Origin: Deltaproteobacteria bacterium
Lineage (GTDB): Bacteria > Desulfobacterota > Deferrisomatia > Deferrisomatales > BM512
DNA: 64,000 bases
Direction: 5' to 3'
Assembly: GCA_002869015.1 (NCBI GenBank)
Contig: PKTT01000039.1
Coordinates: 11,997-75,996, forward strand
Below are positions 19,550 to 28,838 of this stretch, one piece after another (within the stretch, counting starts at the first letter, position 1; every line of letters starts with the position of its first letter). A model generated the notes under the pieces. That model did no database searches and was not told the DNA's origin. It saw only the letters and a program-made list of their open reading frames with translations. The translations under genes were made by a program, and so were the position numbers.

Positions 19550-20697
19550 TAGGAGAGCCTGTTCCTGTAATCCTCATAGGTGAATGAGCGGATGACCTTC
19601 AGCTCGTCAGATTCAGGGTCGTAAGTCGCTATATCCGGTAAGGTTATGCCGTTGAAGGTTGTATTCTTAACCATCGTATAGTGCGCCATATCGAGAAACG
19701 CGATGCGCGCACCCACCTCCAGCGGCTCTGCGAAGGACCAGTCGCCCATAACGTCGCCGGCGAGACAGGAGGGCCCTGCGAGGCGGTATGTGTAAGGCTT
19801 TTCGCCTGCGTCGAAGCCGCCAAAAAGGGGTGGACGATAGGGCATCTCCAAAACATCCGGCATGTGGGTTGAGGCTGAAAGGTTCAAGATAGCTATCTCT
19901 ATGCCATTCTCAATTATGTCCAGCACCTCGCCAACCAGGACGCCCGTCCCAAGGGCCACAGCTTCACCCGGTTCAAGGTAAACCTCTAGATCATACTTCT
20001 CTTTAAAGTGTTTGATTAGCTTGAACAGCCCCGCTAAATCGTACCCCTCACGGGTTATGTGGTGTCCCCCGCCGAGGTTCAGCCATTTCATACCGTAAAG
20101 ATACTCTCCAAACTTATCCTCGAAGACCTTAGCAGTGCGTTCAAGGGGCTCGAAGAGGTGCTCGCAGAGGGTATGAAAGTGGAGGCCGTCAACGCCTTCA
20201 AGGGATCGCCCGTTAAAGGTCTCTCGCTTGATGCCCAGGCGCGAGTTTGGCGCGGCCGGATCGTAGATCGGGGTGTGCCCCTCCGAGTGTTCAGGGTTAA
20301 CACGTAGCCCCACGGAGACGCCGCTCCCCTCCCATAGCGGGCGAAAGCGCTCAAGCTGGTTGAAGGAGTTGAAGACAATGTGGTCGGAGAGCGAAAGCGC
20401 TCGCTTCACATCATCCTCCGAGAAGGCTGCGGCAAAGGTGTGCACCTCGCCCCCGAACTCCTCACGCCCAAGGGTCGCCTCCCATACGGAGGAAGCGCAG
20501 ACACCCTTAAGGCGCTTCATCACCTCACCCGCAACCGACCACATGGCGAAACCCTTTAGGGCGAGAAGTATCTTGGCGCCGCTCTCTTGCTCGACCCTTT
20601 CAAGTATTTCCAGGTTTCCCCTCAACTTGCCCAGGTCCACCACATAGGCGGGAGAGGGGGCAAGCTCCATTATGCGCTTTACATCTAAGAGATCCAT
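19549..20697 (-). CDS. nspC: Carboxy(nor)spermidine decarboxylase
   Basis: ILLALKGF, GLHFHTLCE, NLGGGHHITR, HMPDVLEMPYRP, HYTMVKNTTFNG. Confidence 0.95.
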   Translation of the reverse strand: MDLLDVKRIMELAPSPAYVVDLGKLRGNLEILERVEQESGAKILLALKGFAMWSVAGEVMKRLKGVCASSVWEATLGREEFGGEVHTFAAAFSEDDVKRALSLSDHIVFNSFNQLERFRPLWEGSGVSVGLRVNPEHSEGHTPIYDPAAPNSRLGIKRETFNGRSLEGVDGLHFHTLCEHLFEPLERTAKVFEDKFGEYLYGMKWLNLGGGHHITREGYDLAGLFKLIKHFKEKYDLEVYLEPGEAVALGTGVLVGEVLDIIENGIEIAILNLSASTHMPDVLEMPYRPPLFGGFDAGEKPYTYRLAGPSCLAGDVMGDWSFAEPLEVGARIAFLDMAHYTMVKNTTFNGITLPDIATYDPESDELKVIRSFTYEDYRNRLS

Positions 20698-20704
20698 TTA
20701 GACG

Positions 20705-21901
20705 TTAAAGCTCCAGCCAACCGTCACCGGGGACAACGGTCCACGGCAGCCCGTAATTATTCAGCGCATCCATGAAGGGGTCGGGGTCGAACTGCTCCAT
20801 GTTGAAGACCCCCTCGCCGCGCCACTTGCCGGTGAGCATCATCATAGCGCCGATCATCGCGGGCACGCCTGTGGTGTAGCTCACCGCTTGTGAGTTGGTC
20901 TCGCGGTAGCACGCCTCGTGGTCGCAGATATTGTAGATATATACCTGCTTCTTCACGCCGTCCTTTAACCCCTTTGCAACAACGCCGATGCAGGTGCGCC
21001 CCTTTGTCAGTGGCCCTAGGGAGCCTGGGTCGGGCAGCACAGCCTTCAGGAACTTTAGGGGCACGATCTCTTTGCCATCGTATATAACCGGATCGATGCG
21101 CGTCATTCCCACATTCTGCAAGACCTCAAGGTGTTTAAGGTAATTGTCTGAGAAGGTCATCCAGAACTGTGCTTTTTTAATAGTCGGGAAGTGCTTAACC
21201 AGTGACTCCATCTCCTCGTGGTACATACGGTAGATGTTCATCTCACCGATTCCCTCGGGAAAATCATATACGCGTTTGGTCTTTAGCGCGCCCGTCTCCA
21301 CCCACTCTCCGTCCTGCCAATGACGGCACGGCGCGGTAACTTCGCGGATATTAATCTCCGGGTTGAAGTTGGTGGCGAAGGGCTGCCCGTGGTCACCTGC
21401 GTTGGCGTCGATTATGTCGATCTCCTCTACCACGTCGAGGTGATGCTTAACAGCCGAAGCGGTGAAGACATTGGTCACGCCTGGGTCGAAGCCGCTCCCG
21501 AGGAGGGCCATAAGCCCCTTCTCCTTAAAGCGCTCCTGATACTCCCACTGCCAGCGGTACTCGAACTTCGCCGTATCCAGCGGTTCGTAGTTGGCGGTGT
21601 CCAGGTAATCGACGCCGGTCTCCAGGCAGGCGTCCATTATTGTCAGGTCCTGATAGGGCAGCGCCACATTGAGGACAAGGTCAGGCTTTTGAGCCCTTAT
21701 AAGCTCAACCAGCTCGGGCACGTTGTCTGCGTCAACAGCTGCGGTCCCGATGGCTACAGGTAGCTCAGCCGCTATTGCATCACATTTTTCCTTTGTTCTC
21801 GACGCTAGGGTTATCTCCGTGAAGACGTCCTTCGCCTGAGCGCACTTATGCGCGACGACTCTGCCGACGCCGCCCGCGCCGATTATCAAAACTTTGCTCA
21901 T
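20705..21901 (-). CDS. Carboxy(nor)spermidine dehydrogenase (saccharopine dehydrogenase family)
   Basis: IIGAGGVG, NVALPYQDL, YLDTANYE, GFDPGVTN, FATNFNPEINIRE, QAVSYTTGVPA; between speA and nspC. Confidence 0.92.
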   Translation of the reverse strand: MSKVLIIGAGGVGRVVAHKCAQAKDVFTEITLASRTKEKCDAIAAELPVAIGTAAVDADNVPELVELIRAQKPDLVLNVALPYQDLTIMDACLETGVDYLDTANYEPLDTAKFEYRWQWEYQERFKEKGLMALLGSGFDPGVTNVFTASAVKHHLDVVEEIDIIDANAGDHGQPFATNFNPEINIREVTAPCRHWQDGEWVETGALKTKRVYDFPEGIGEMNIYRMYHEEMESLVKHFPTIKKAQFWMTFSDNYLKHLEVLQNVGMTRIDPVIYDGKEIVPLKFLKAVLPDPGSLGPLTKGRTCIGVVAKGLKDGVKKQVYIYNICDHEACYRETNSQAVSYTTGVPAMIGAMMMLTGKWRGEGVFNMEQFDPDPFMDALNNYGLPWTVVPGDGWLEL

Positions 21902-21913
21902 ATTTTAACCTCC

Positions 21914-23854
21914 CTAATCCTCGGAGCTCTCATAGTAAGTGTAGCCGCGCAGCCCCTCTTCATAGGTCCGGGTAAGGACTCTGCGCATCTGCCCATTTAT
22001 AAGGCCGCCTCTCACCGCTCTCTCGGCCTTCTCTCTGAAACGATTGACTAGCTCGCGGGGGTCATATTCGACGTATGTAAGCACATCTTTGACCGAGTCG
22101 CCGCCGAGCTCGCGAACGTATTCTATTTCACCGTTGTCGCCAATCCTAACGCTTGCGACATTCGTATCGCCGAGGAGGTTGTGAAGGTCGCCAAGGGTCT
22201 CCTGATAAGCGCCGACAAGGAAGACGCCAACCAGGTACTCCTCGCCCGCTTTAAGCTCATGGAGCGGCAGCGACTTCGCCACATCCTGAAGGTCTATGAA
22301 GCGGTCAATCTTGCCGTCGCAGTCACATGTTATATCGGAGATTACGGCGTCGCGGGTAGGCGCTTCCTTATGCCTGTGCAAGGGCATTATGGGAAAGAGC
22401 TGGTTTATAGCCCAAACGTCGGGCAGCGATTGAAAGACAGAGAGGTTGCCGTAATAGATATCTGAGAGCGCCTCGTCCAGGCCCTCAAACTCATCGGGCG
22501 CATAGGGCATCCCTTTGACTATCTTCTGTATGCGCTTCATCGCGTACCAAAAGATCGACTCAACCAGCGCGCGCTCCCTTATGGAGACCTGACCACGCTT
22601 AAAGAGCTCGCGTGTCTCATCCCTGTAATAGATTACGTCGTGGTAGAGCTCCTGTAGGTTCTTCTCTCGAATGTTGGCGGCCGCCTCGTGGATATCGGCG
22701 GTAACCTGCGAGACCTCCTCTTCGGGAAGCTTTGGCAGCGTATCGGCGCCTGTGAAGCTGGCGGTATCGAGGATGTTGAAGACTAGGAGCGAATAGTAGG
22801 CAACGAGCGCCCGCCCCGACTCGGTAACGATAGTCGGGTGCGGCAGCTCCGCTTCATCCATGACCTGCTGCACGAGGTCGACTATGTCGCGGCAATACTC
22901 GTCGAGGGTGTAGTTACAGCTTGAGGCAAAGTTTGTATGGGAGCCGTCGTAATCGACGGCGAGGCCACCACCAAGGTCAATCATCCCCATCGGCGCCCCC
23001 TCGCCAACGAGGCCGGTGTATATGCGGCAAGCCTCCATCAGCCCGTTCCTAATCTGTCTGATGTGGGGGATCTGCGAACCGAGGTGATAGTGAAGAAGTT
23101 TCAGGCAGTCGAGCATCCCCTCTTCGCGGAGTATGTCGACCATCTTTATAACCTGCGCGGAGTTTAGTCCGAAGACGGAGCGGTCACCGCCGGACTCCTT
23201 CCAGTGTCCACCGGCCGAAGCGGATAGCTTTATGCGGATGCCTAGAATCGGCTTTATCCCCATCTCCTGTGATACCCGGATAATTATGGGGAGCTCATTT
23301 AAAGTCTCGACTACGAGGACACATTTTAAATCCATCATCTGGGCGCAAAGGGCGAGGCGTATGAACATCTCATCCTTGTAGCCGTTGCAGATAAGGAGCG
23401 CTTCGGGGTCGTCGAGGTATGATATGGCGGCTATCAGCTCCGCTTTGGAGCCCGCCTCAAGGCCATGGTGGTACTGCTTGCCGAAGGTCGATATCTCATC
23501 TATTACTTGCTGCTGCTGATTCACCTTTATGGGGAATACGCCACGGTACTCACCCTTGTATCCATACTTCTTTATGGCGTTTTCGAAGGACTCATTTATA
23601 AGCCGTATTCGCGAGGCGAGGATATCTTCAAACCTCAGGAGCACAGGCAAATCGCTGCCGCGCTCTACGAGCCCGCCTACGATTTCGGGTAGGGAAGCTG
23701 ATGCTTTGGGGTTGGAGGGATCGGGCACTACACACACCTCTCCCTTGCGATCTATCTTGAAATAGCCATCTCCCCAGTTGTTGATGCCATACAGGTCCCT
23801 CGCGTTGTCGAGGGTCCATTTGCCCGCAATGAGCTCTTTTTTCTCTATCTTCAT
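21914..23854 (-). CDS. speA: Biosynthetic arginine decarboxylase
   Basis: FPIKVNQ, GLEAGSKAEL, HYHLGSQI, DLGGGLAVDYDG, DITCDCDG, GAYQETLGDLHNL. Confidence 0.96.
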   Translation of the reverse strand: MKIEKKELIAGKWTLDNARDLYGINNWGDGYFKIDRKGEVCVVPDPSNPKASASLPEIVGGLVERGSDLPVLLRFEDILASRIRLINESFENAIKKYGYKGEYRGVFPIKVNQQQQVIDEISTFGKQYHHGLEAGSKAELIAAISYLDDPEALLICNGYKDEMFIRLALCAQMMDLKCVLVVETLNELPIIIRVSQEMGIKPILGIRIKLSASAGGHWKESGGDRSVFGLNSAQVIKMVDILREEGMLDCLKLLHYHLGSQIPHIRQIRNGLMEACRIYTGLVGEGAPMGMIDLGGGLAVDYDGSHTNFASSCNYTLDEYCRDIVDLVQQVMDEAELPHPTIVTESGRALVAYYSLLVFNILDTASFTGADTLPKLPEEEVSQVTADIHEAAANIREKNLQELYHDVIYYRDETRELFKRGQVSIRERALVESIFWYAMKRIQKIVKGMPYAPDEFEGLDEALSDIYYGNLSVFQSLPDVWAINQLFPIMPLHRHKEAPTRDAVISDITCDCDGKIDRFIDLQDVAKSLPLHELKAGEEYLVGVFLVGAYQETLGDLHNLLGDTNVASVRIGDNGEIEYVRELGGDSVKDVLTYVEYDPRELVNRFREKAERAVRGGLINGQMRRVLTRTYEEGLRGYTYYESSED

Positions 23855-23863
23855 CTCACCTAC

Positions 23864-24760
23864 TTATCCCATGGGGACGTCGAAGACCTGAACTTCCGCG
23901 GTCGACTTGAGATCGGCGACCCAAGCCGCCAGATATTCACTCTTCTTTTTACGGTCAAGGAACTCGCAAATCTTGGGAGAGGCTTCTTCAAAGGAAACCT
24001 CGCCGCCCCCATCCTTATCCGTAACCTTCAAAATATGGAACCCGAAGGGAGTTTCAACAATATCTCCCACCTCTCCCACAGTGCTGGAGAAAGCCGCTTC
24101 CTCAAAGGAGGCAACCATATCACCACGCCCGAACCAGCCGAGGTCTCCCCCTTTTGCGCCGCTGGGGCACGCGGAGTGGGTTTTGGCGATATCCTCAAAG
24201 GACTCCTCCCCAAGCCTCTCTTTTAGCTTCTCCGTAGCCTCAAGGGCGGCTTCGCGTCCCTCGCCGCCATCGCTCTTGACGAGGATGTGGGATGCCCGCA
24301 CGCGTTCAGGCTTTGACATCTTCTCGGAGTTTTCCTTGTAAAAGGAGGTTATCTCCACTTCGGTTATATCATCGACCTCGGCGAGCTTTATATCTGTGAG
24401 CTGGTTAACGAGCAGATCGGTGTGGAGCATTTTGTGATAAGCCTCTTTGGAGAGCCCCGCTTTTTCGAGGGTTCCGTAAAGCTCCTCCACGTTTGGAAAG
24501 TTTGCCGCTACCTTCTCGATCTCAGCTTCCACAGCCCCATCCGGCACCTCAAGACCACGGGCAAGGGCATCTTCATAGATAAGCTGTCTGGCGACAAGCT
24601 TCTCCATCGCCATGCCCTTGGCTTTCTCCCGCTCCTCATCGGTCAGGCTCTCCATTGGTTTTCTATAAACCCCCATGGCGAACCCCTGGATGGCGTTATC
24701 AAGTTCCAAGCGGGAAATTTCAGTTCCGTTGACTGTGGCTACCGTATCACTCAATCTCAA
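23864..24760 (-). CDS. Parvulin-type peptidyl-prolyl isomerase with SurA-like N-domain
   Basis: VATVNG, RASHILVK, HSACPSGAKGGDLGWF, VETPFGFHILKV; TTG start (24760 or 24754). Confidence 0.9.
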   Translation of the reverse strand: MRLSDTVATVNGTEISRLELDNAIQGFAMGVYRKPMESLTDEEREKAKGMAMEKLVARQLIYEDALARGLEVPDGAVEAEIEKVAANFPNVEELYGTLEKAGLSKEAYHKMLHTDLLVNQLTDIKLAEVDDITEVEITSFYKENSEKMSKPERVRASHILVKSDGGEGREAALEATEKLKERLGEESFEDIAKTHSACPSGAKGGDLGWFGRGDMVASFEEAAFSSTVGEVGDIVETPFGFHILKVTDKDGGGEVSFEEASPKICEFLDRKKKSEYLAAWVADLKSTAEVQVFDVPMG

Positions 24761-25022
24761 TCTCCATTCCCCCTCGCGGGGAGCTCTCTATTAGCGCGGC
24801 TTTTTGGCGCCGCGACAGCTTTTTAATCCCCGCCTCACGCTTTACCGCTAATGAACGGTCAGGGCAGGGTTCAGTATATACAAGGCTAACGGGGCCTCGC
24901 CCGGCGGTGTACTTTGCACCCCGGCCTTTATTATGCGCATCAATACGCCGGGCGATGTCATTGGTTGAGCCGGTGTAGTAGCTCCCGTCACTGCACTTTA
25001 CTATGTATACGAACCAGCTAAT
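24747..25022 (-). CDS. GIY-YIG nuclease family protein (YhbQ/UPF0213-like); probable AUU start
   Basis: SWFVYIVKCSDGSYYTGST..RRIDAHN.G.GAKYT; the only canonical in-frame starts lie inside the upstream gene. Confidence 0.8.
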   Translation of the reverse strand: MSWFVYIVKCSDGSYYTGSTNDIARRIDAHNKGRGAKYTAGRGPVSLVYTEPCPDRSLAVKREAGIKKLSRRQKAALIESSPRGGMEIEIE

Positions 25023-25026
25023 CGGC

Positions 25027-25554
25027 TCAGCCCTCCGGCCAGGGGCGCATTGAATCAGCCTCAGCCCAGCTCTTGACCCAATCCGGCAGGGGCAGCGCCA
25101 GCCCCTTACGGCCAATAGCAGATAGCGACTCCTCCAGTGGAACGGCACCCTTTTTTGACACTACCGCGCCACGCACAAGGGCAGAGGAGCAGGTTTTTCC
25201 ATCCACCTCGGTGCGCTGCTCAAAGTAAAACCACCTGTCATCAAGGCCGATGAGCTTTGTCCTTAAATTGAAGCACTCCATAAACCTTATCCGGTATCTG
25301 AACCTGATGCTCGCTCCAGCCACTGCAAAACCCCAGTCCCTCTCCCTGGTTACCTTTAAAAGCCCGCTGCGAGCAGCCAAATCAAATCGCCCGAGGTCCA
25401 TGAGCGTCATGTGCCGCCCGTTATTTAGCTCCATGAACATATCAACATCGCCGGGCCATGCTCTCATGGAGAGGACAGACTCATCGGTAATGTCGAGCGG
25501 CCCTCTTCTCTTGGCATCGTAAACAAGTTTTAAATATCTAAGATAAGGGTACAT
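25027..25554 (-). CDS. Hot-dog fold acyl-CoA thioesterase family protein
   Basis: WPGDVDMFMELNNGRHMTLMDLGR...DDRWFYFEQ. Confidence 0.85.
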   Translation of the reverse strand: MYPYLRYLKLVYDAKRRGPLDITDESVLSMRAWPGDVDMFMELNNGRHMTLMDLGRFDLAARSGLLKVTRERDWGFAVAGASIRFRYRIRFMECFNLRTKLIGLDDRWFYFEQRTEVDGKTCSSALVRGAVVSKKGAVPLEESLSAIGRKGLALPLPDWVKSWAEADSMRPWPEG

Positions 25555-25732
25555 GCAACCTGCCCTGTAAACCTACGTTTTGCGAGGGTTTATAGCCAAC
25601 CAGAATTTTTTAGAGTTAGCACTCTTTTACCCCTAATGCAAGGGCGACGAGATTATCTATCATAGGCGCTGACCATCAAAGATAAAAATGGTATAATTTC
25701 TGCCGATGCACCAAACCAAAAGGAGCTCAAAA

Positions 25733-26191
25733 ATGTTGAAAATTGGCGGCAAAGCACCAGACTTTTCCCTTGAGAGCGACAGCGGCGAGACCATTAGCCT
25801 CTCCTCAATCGCCGGTAAGAGAGCTGTAATTTTTTTCTACCCGAAGGACAACACCTCGGGGTGAACCGCAGAAGCCCTGGAGTTCCAGGAACGACTTGAT
25901 AAGTTCGCGGAAATCGGCACCAACATCATAGGCGTCTCCAAAGACAGCTTAAAAAGCCATGCGCGCTTTAGAGAGAAGTATGGCTTTACCTTCCCCCTCT
26001 TGTCCGACGAAGGGCTGGGGATGCTAAAAAGCTACGGCGCTTGGGGGGAGAAAAAGTCATACGGCAAGGTCACCGAGGGTACTATACGCACCACTGTTGT
26101 AGTCGACGCCGATGGCGCAGTAGAGCGTATATATAACAAGGTCAAGGCCAAGGGGCATGCGCAGCAGGTCTTGGAGGATTTAGCGGGCTAA
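25733..26191 (+). CDS. bcp: Selenocysteine-containing peroxiredoxin BCP/PrxQ (UGA=Sec at 25862-25864), 152 aa
   Basis: ATG 25733 (SD AAGGAG): MLKIGGKAPDFSL...IFFYPKDNTSG-U-TAEALEF...GVSKDS..SH..F..KY...LLSD...WGEKKSYGK; in frame with track ORF 26000..26191. Confidence 0.92.
25862..25890 (+). promoter_or_regulatory. Bacterial SECIS-like hairpin of bcp
   Basis: UGA-ACCGCAGAAGC-CCUGG-AGUU-CCAGG: loop 16 nt after UGA, G at second loop position. Confidence 0.7.
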
Positions 26192-27226
26192 TATCGCTAC
26201 ACCCTGTTTGTAGCCAAGTCCCCCGTTGCCGTGGATGAGACCGTAGGGAAGTGATTTTTCCAGCATCTCCCGGTAGACGGCGATTGCTGCCCTTAGCGCG
26301 GGGCAGTTCCATGGTGCCCGCGCAAGGTTCATCCCACCCGTTATTGTGATGGGCTGCCTCTCAAGGTATGGAATCACCTCGTCGGCCGATGGGACCGCCC
26401 CTGAAGCCAGGAGGAAGGCCAAGGGGACCACCGGGTAGCAGATGTAAAGCTCGATCGCGCAGAATCCATTTTTCATAAGGGCCTTGATTGATAGACCGGC
26501 CGCACGTTCGCACCGCCTTATCGCCTCCGACAGGTGGGTAAAGGCGCTTATCTCCTCTGCGTTATCAGGGCCGTCGCCTGAAGCTTCTCCCAGCCCTACA
26601 CCCTCGACCTCAACAAGCTCCTCAAGGCCCAGGGCGGCGGCGCCTCTCCGTGTGGTTAGGAGTATCTGCCCGCTGTAGTCTATGATTGGGTTGGCGCAGT
26701 CCACGCCTCTAAAGAGCGGAGTAACGGGCTCATACCACCTGATGCCGGGAAGCTTTACGGGGCCTCTTGTCCTGCCCTCATATGTACGCAGGTAGTTATC
26801 AAAGAGCGCCTCCGCGCACTCCTTGAACCATTCATGTGAGAGCCCTCGCCTCCGCAGAAACCCCTCGGCGACCAACTGATAACCCTCAGGGATAGTTACG
26901 CCGTCGTAAATATCCATGAGCTTATGTCGCTCATCCCTTGAGTAGCCGCTCTTCAGGGGCTCCTCTCCACGGATTACGACTGCGTCGAGGGCGCCGGAGG
27001 ATATCCTCTGCACACCTTCGTAGATTGCCTCAATGGGGGAATTCCCTGAACGGAAATGCCCCTCAGGCAGCTCAGCCTCCCATGGCACCGATAGCGGCAC
27101 TATCGTGAAGAGCTCACAGGAGAGCCCCGCCTCCCTGGCTTTTGAAAGGAGGTCTGAGAGCCCCTGGGGTTGATCCGCCGGGGCGTCTATAATTTCCTCA
27201 GCGTAGGCGAGGTATACTCTTTCCAG
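26180..27226 (-). CDS. Thiolase-fold-like hypothetical protein; start uncertain (CTG 27226 favoured)
   Basis: C-terminal ELYICYP...TITGGMNLARAPWN...GLIHGNGG resembles thiolase/SCP-x C-domain; frame is open upstream of GTG 27100; AGGAGG 5 nt before CTG. Confidence 0.6.
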   Translation of the reverse strand: MERVYLAYAEEIIDAPADQPQGLSDLLSKAREAGLSCELFTIVPLSVPWEAELPEGHFRSGNSPIEAIYEGVQRISSGALDAVVIRGEEPLKSGYSRDERHKLMDIYDGVTIPEGYQLVAEGFLRRRGLSHEWFKECAEALFDNYLRTYEGRTRGPVKLPGIRWYEPVTPLFRGVDCANPIIDYSGQILLTTRRGAAALGLEELVEVEGVGLGEASGDGPDNAEEISAFTHLSEAIRRCERAAGLSIKALMKNGFCAIELYICYPVVPLAFLLASGAVPSADEVIPYLERQPITITGGMNLARAPWNCPALRAAIAVYREMLEKSLPYGLIHGNGGLGYKQGVAILAR

Positions 27227-27392
27227 AATGGCCTCCTCATGGATTAGATGCTTTCAGTAGTTGCAGCCTAGCACCTTTAAATCGAATAGTTCCAGCATAC
27301 GCTAATTTTGCTCCTCATCTACTCCATTTAATGAGGTATTCTCCTAATGCTACGTCCATTGGATAGACCACTTAATCGAGCAGCTGAGGATT

Positions 27393-28619
27393 GTGTTGAC
27401 AAAAAAAGCTGAACTTCTGGCCCCCGCCGGGAATTTCGAGAAACTTGAAATAGCCATACACTACGGAGCTGATGCCCTATACCTTTCCGGGCAGGAATTC
27501 TCGCTTCGCAATCTCTCGGGAAACTTTACCCCCGAGGAGCTAAAGCGCGGAATCGACCTCGCCCACGAGGCCGGGGTTAAGGTATACGTCGCCATCAACG
27601 CTTTTTTAAGGAACGCCGAACTTGACCTGCTGAGAGAGGAGGTAGCGCGCACCCGGGAGATGTCGCCCGATGCCTTTATAGTGGCCGACCCCGGAGCCCT
27701 ACAAATAGTGCGCGAGACCGCCCCCCAGGTCCCTATTCACCTATCGACTCAAGCAAACACCACCAACGCCGAGGCGGCGCGTTTCTGGCGCTCAGCGGGG
27801 GTTAGCCGGATTAACACCGCCCGGGAACTCTCCCTTCGGGAGATCTCTGAAATAGCAGCAGGGGTCGACATCGAGATAGAAGCCTTCGTCCACGGGGCCA
27901 TGTGCATATCATACTCCGGCAGATGCCTCATATCTGCGGCGTTGACGGGCCGGGACTCCAACCGTGGCGAGTGCACCCAGCCCTGCCGCTGGCGATACAG
28001 GCTTGAGGAGGAGACCCGCCCCGGCAAATATCTCCCGGTAATGGAGGACGGGCGGGGCACATATATAATGAACTCAAGAGACCTATGCATGGTCGGGCAC
28101 ATCCCGGCGCTCGTCGAAGCGGGGATATCATCATTTAAGGTCGAAGGGCGGATGAAGGGCATCGGCTACCTTGCCCCCGTAATCAAATGCTACCGCGAGG
28201 CTATTGACGCATATTACGAAGACCCTTCTGCCTTCACCGTCAAGGATGAGTGGCTGGAGGAGCTCTCCCGCGTTAACAGCTGGGGATACTCGACTGGTTT
28301 TTACTTCGGCGACCCGACGGAGATAGAACCAAATTTCGCAAATGAGCGTCCAACAACTGTCCACCGTTTAGCGGCTAAGGTTCTTAGTGGCGGGAATTCG
28401 CCAAAGGTAGATGTGAGAAACAAGGTCATTGCGGGTTCGGAAATTGAAATAATCGGGAAACGCGGAGAGGCAACAAAAGCAAAGGTGGAAAAAATAAGGG
28501 ACAAGTGGGGTGGCGAACTAAAAGAGGCGAACCCCGGCAAGCAGGTCACCTTTGAGTTGGGCGTCAATTGCGAGGTAAACGACCTCTTAAGGATAGGCGA
28601 AGATTACACGCACAGCTAA
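27393..28619 (+). CDS. Peptidase U32 family Fe-S protein (TrhP/YegQ-like tRNA hydroxylation)
   Basis: ELLAPAG, IHLSTQAN, HGAMCISYSGRC...NRGECTQPCRW, FKVEGRMK. Confidence 0.92.
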   Translation: MLTKKAELLAPAGNFEKLEIAIHYGADALYLSGQEFSLRNLSGNFTPEELKRGIDLAHEAGVKVYVAINAFLRNAELDLLREEVARTREMSPDAFIVADPGALQIVRETAPQVPIHLSTQANTTNAEAARFWRSAGVSRINTARELSLREISEIAAGVDIEIEAFVHGAMCISYSGRCLISAALTGRDSNRGECTQPCRWRYRLEEETRPGKYLPVMEDGRGTYIMNSRDLCMVGHIPALVEAGISSFKVEGRMKGIGYLAPVIKCYREAIDAYYEDPSAFTVKDEWLEELSRVNSWGYSTGFYFGDPTEIEPNFANERPTTVHRLAAKVLSGGNSPKVDVRNKVIAGSEIEIIGKRGEATKAKVEKIRDKWGGELKEANPGKQVTFELGVNCEVNDLLRIGEDYTHS

Positions 28620-28838
28620 GCGCTTACACCTAACGCCCGGACCATCTTAGCGGGAAGATAAGTGCTGCCCCACGCAAAAGCCTAGTAGAGTTGGTAGACT
28701 TTAGCTGGCGGATATGTAAAAGTGGGCCGTCCTAGTGGGCAGCCCACTTTTCACTTGTCAGTCTGGAACTTTTTAAGGCATAGGGTTACGCTGCCACTAA
28801 AAGAGCGCACCGATTACGATTTTAAGCAGGTTTTAAAT

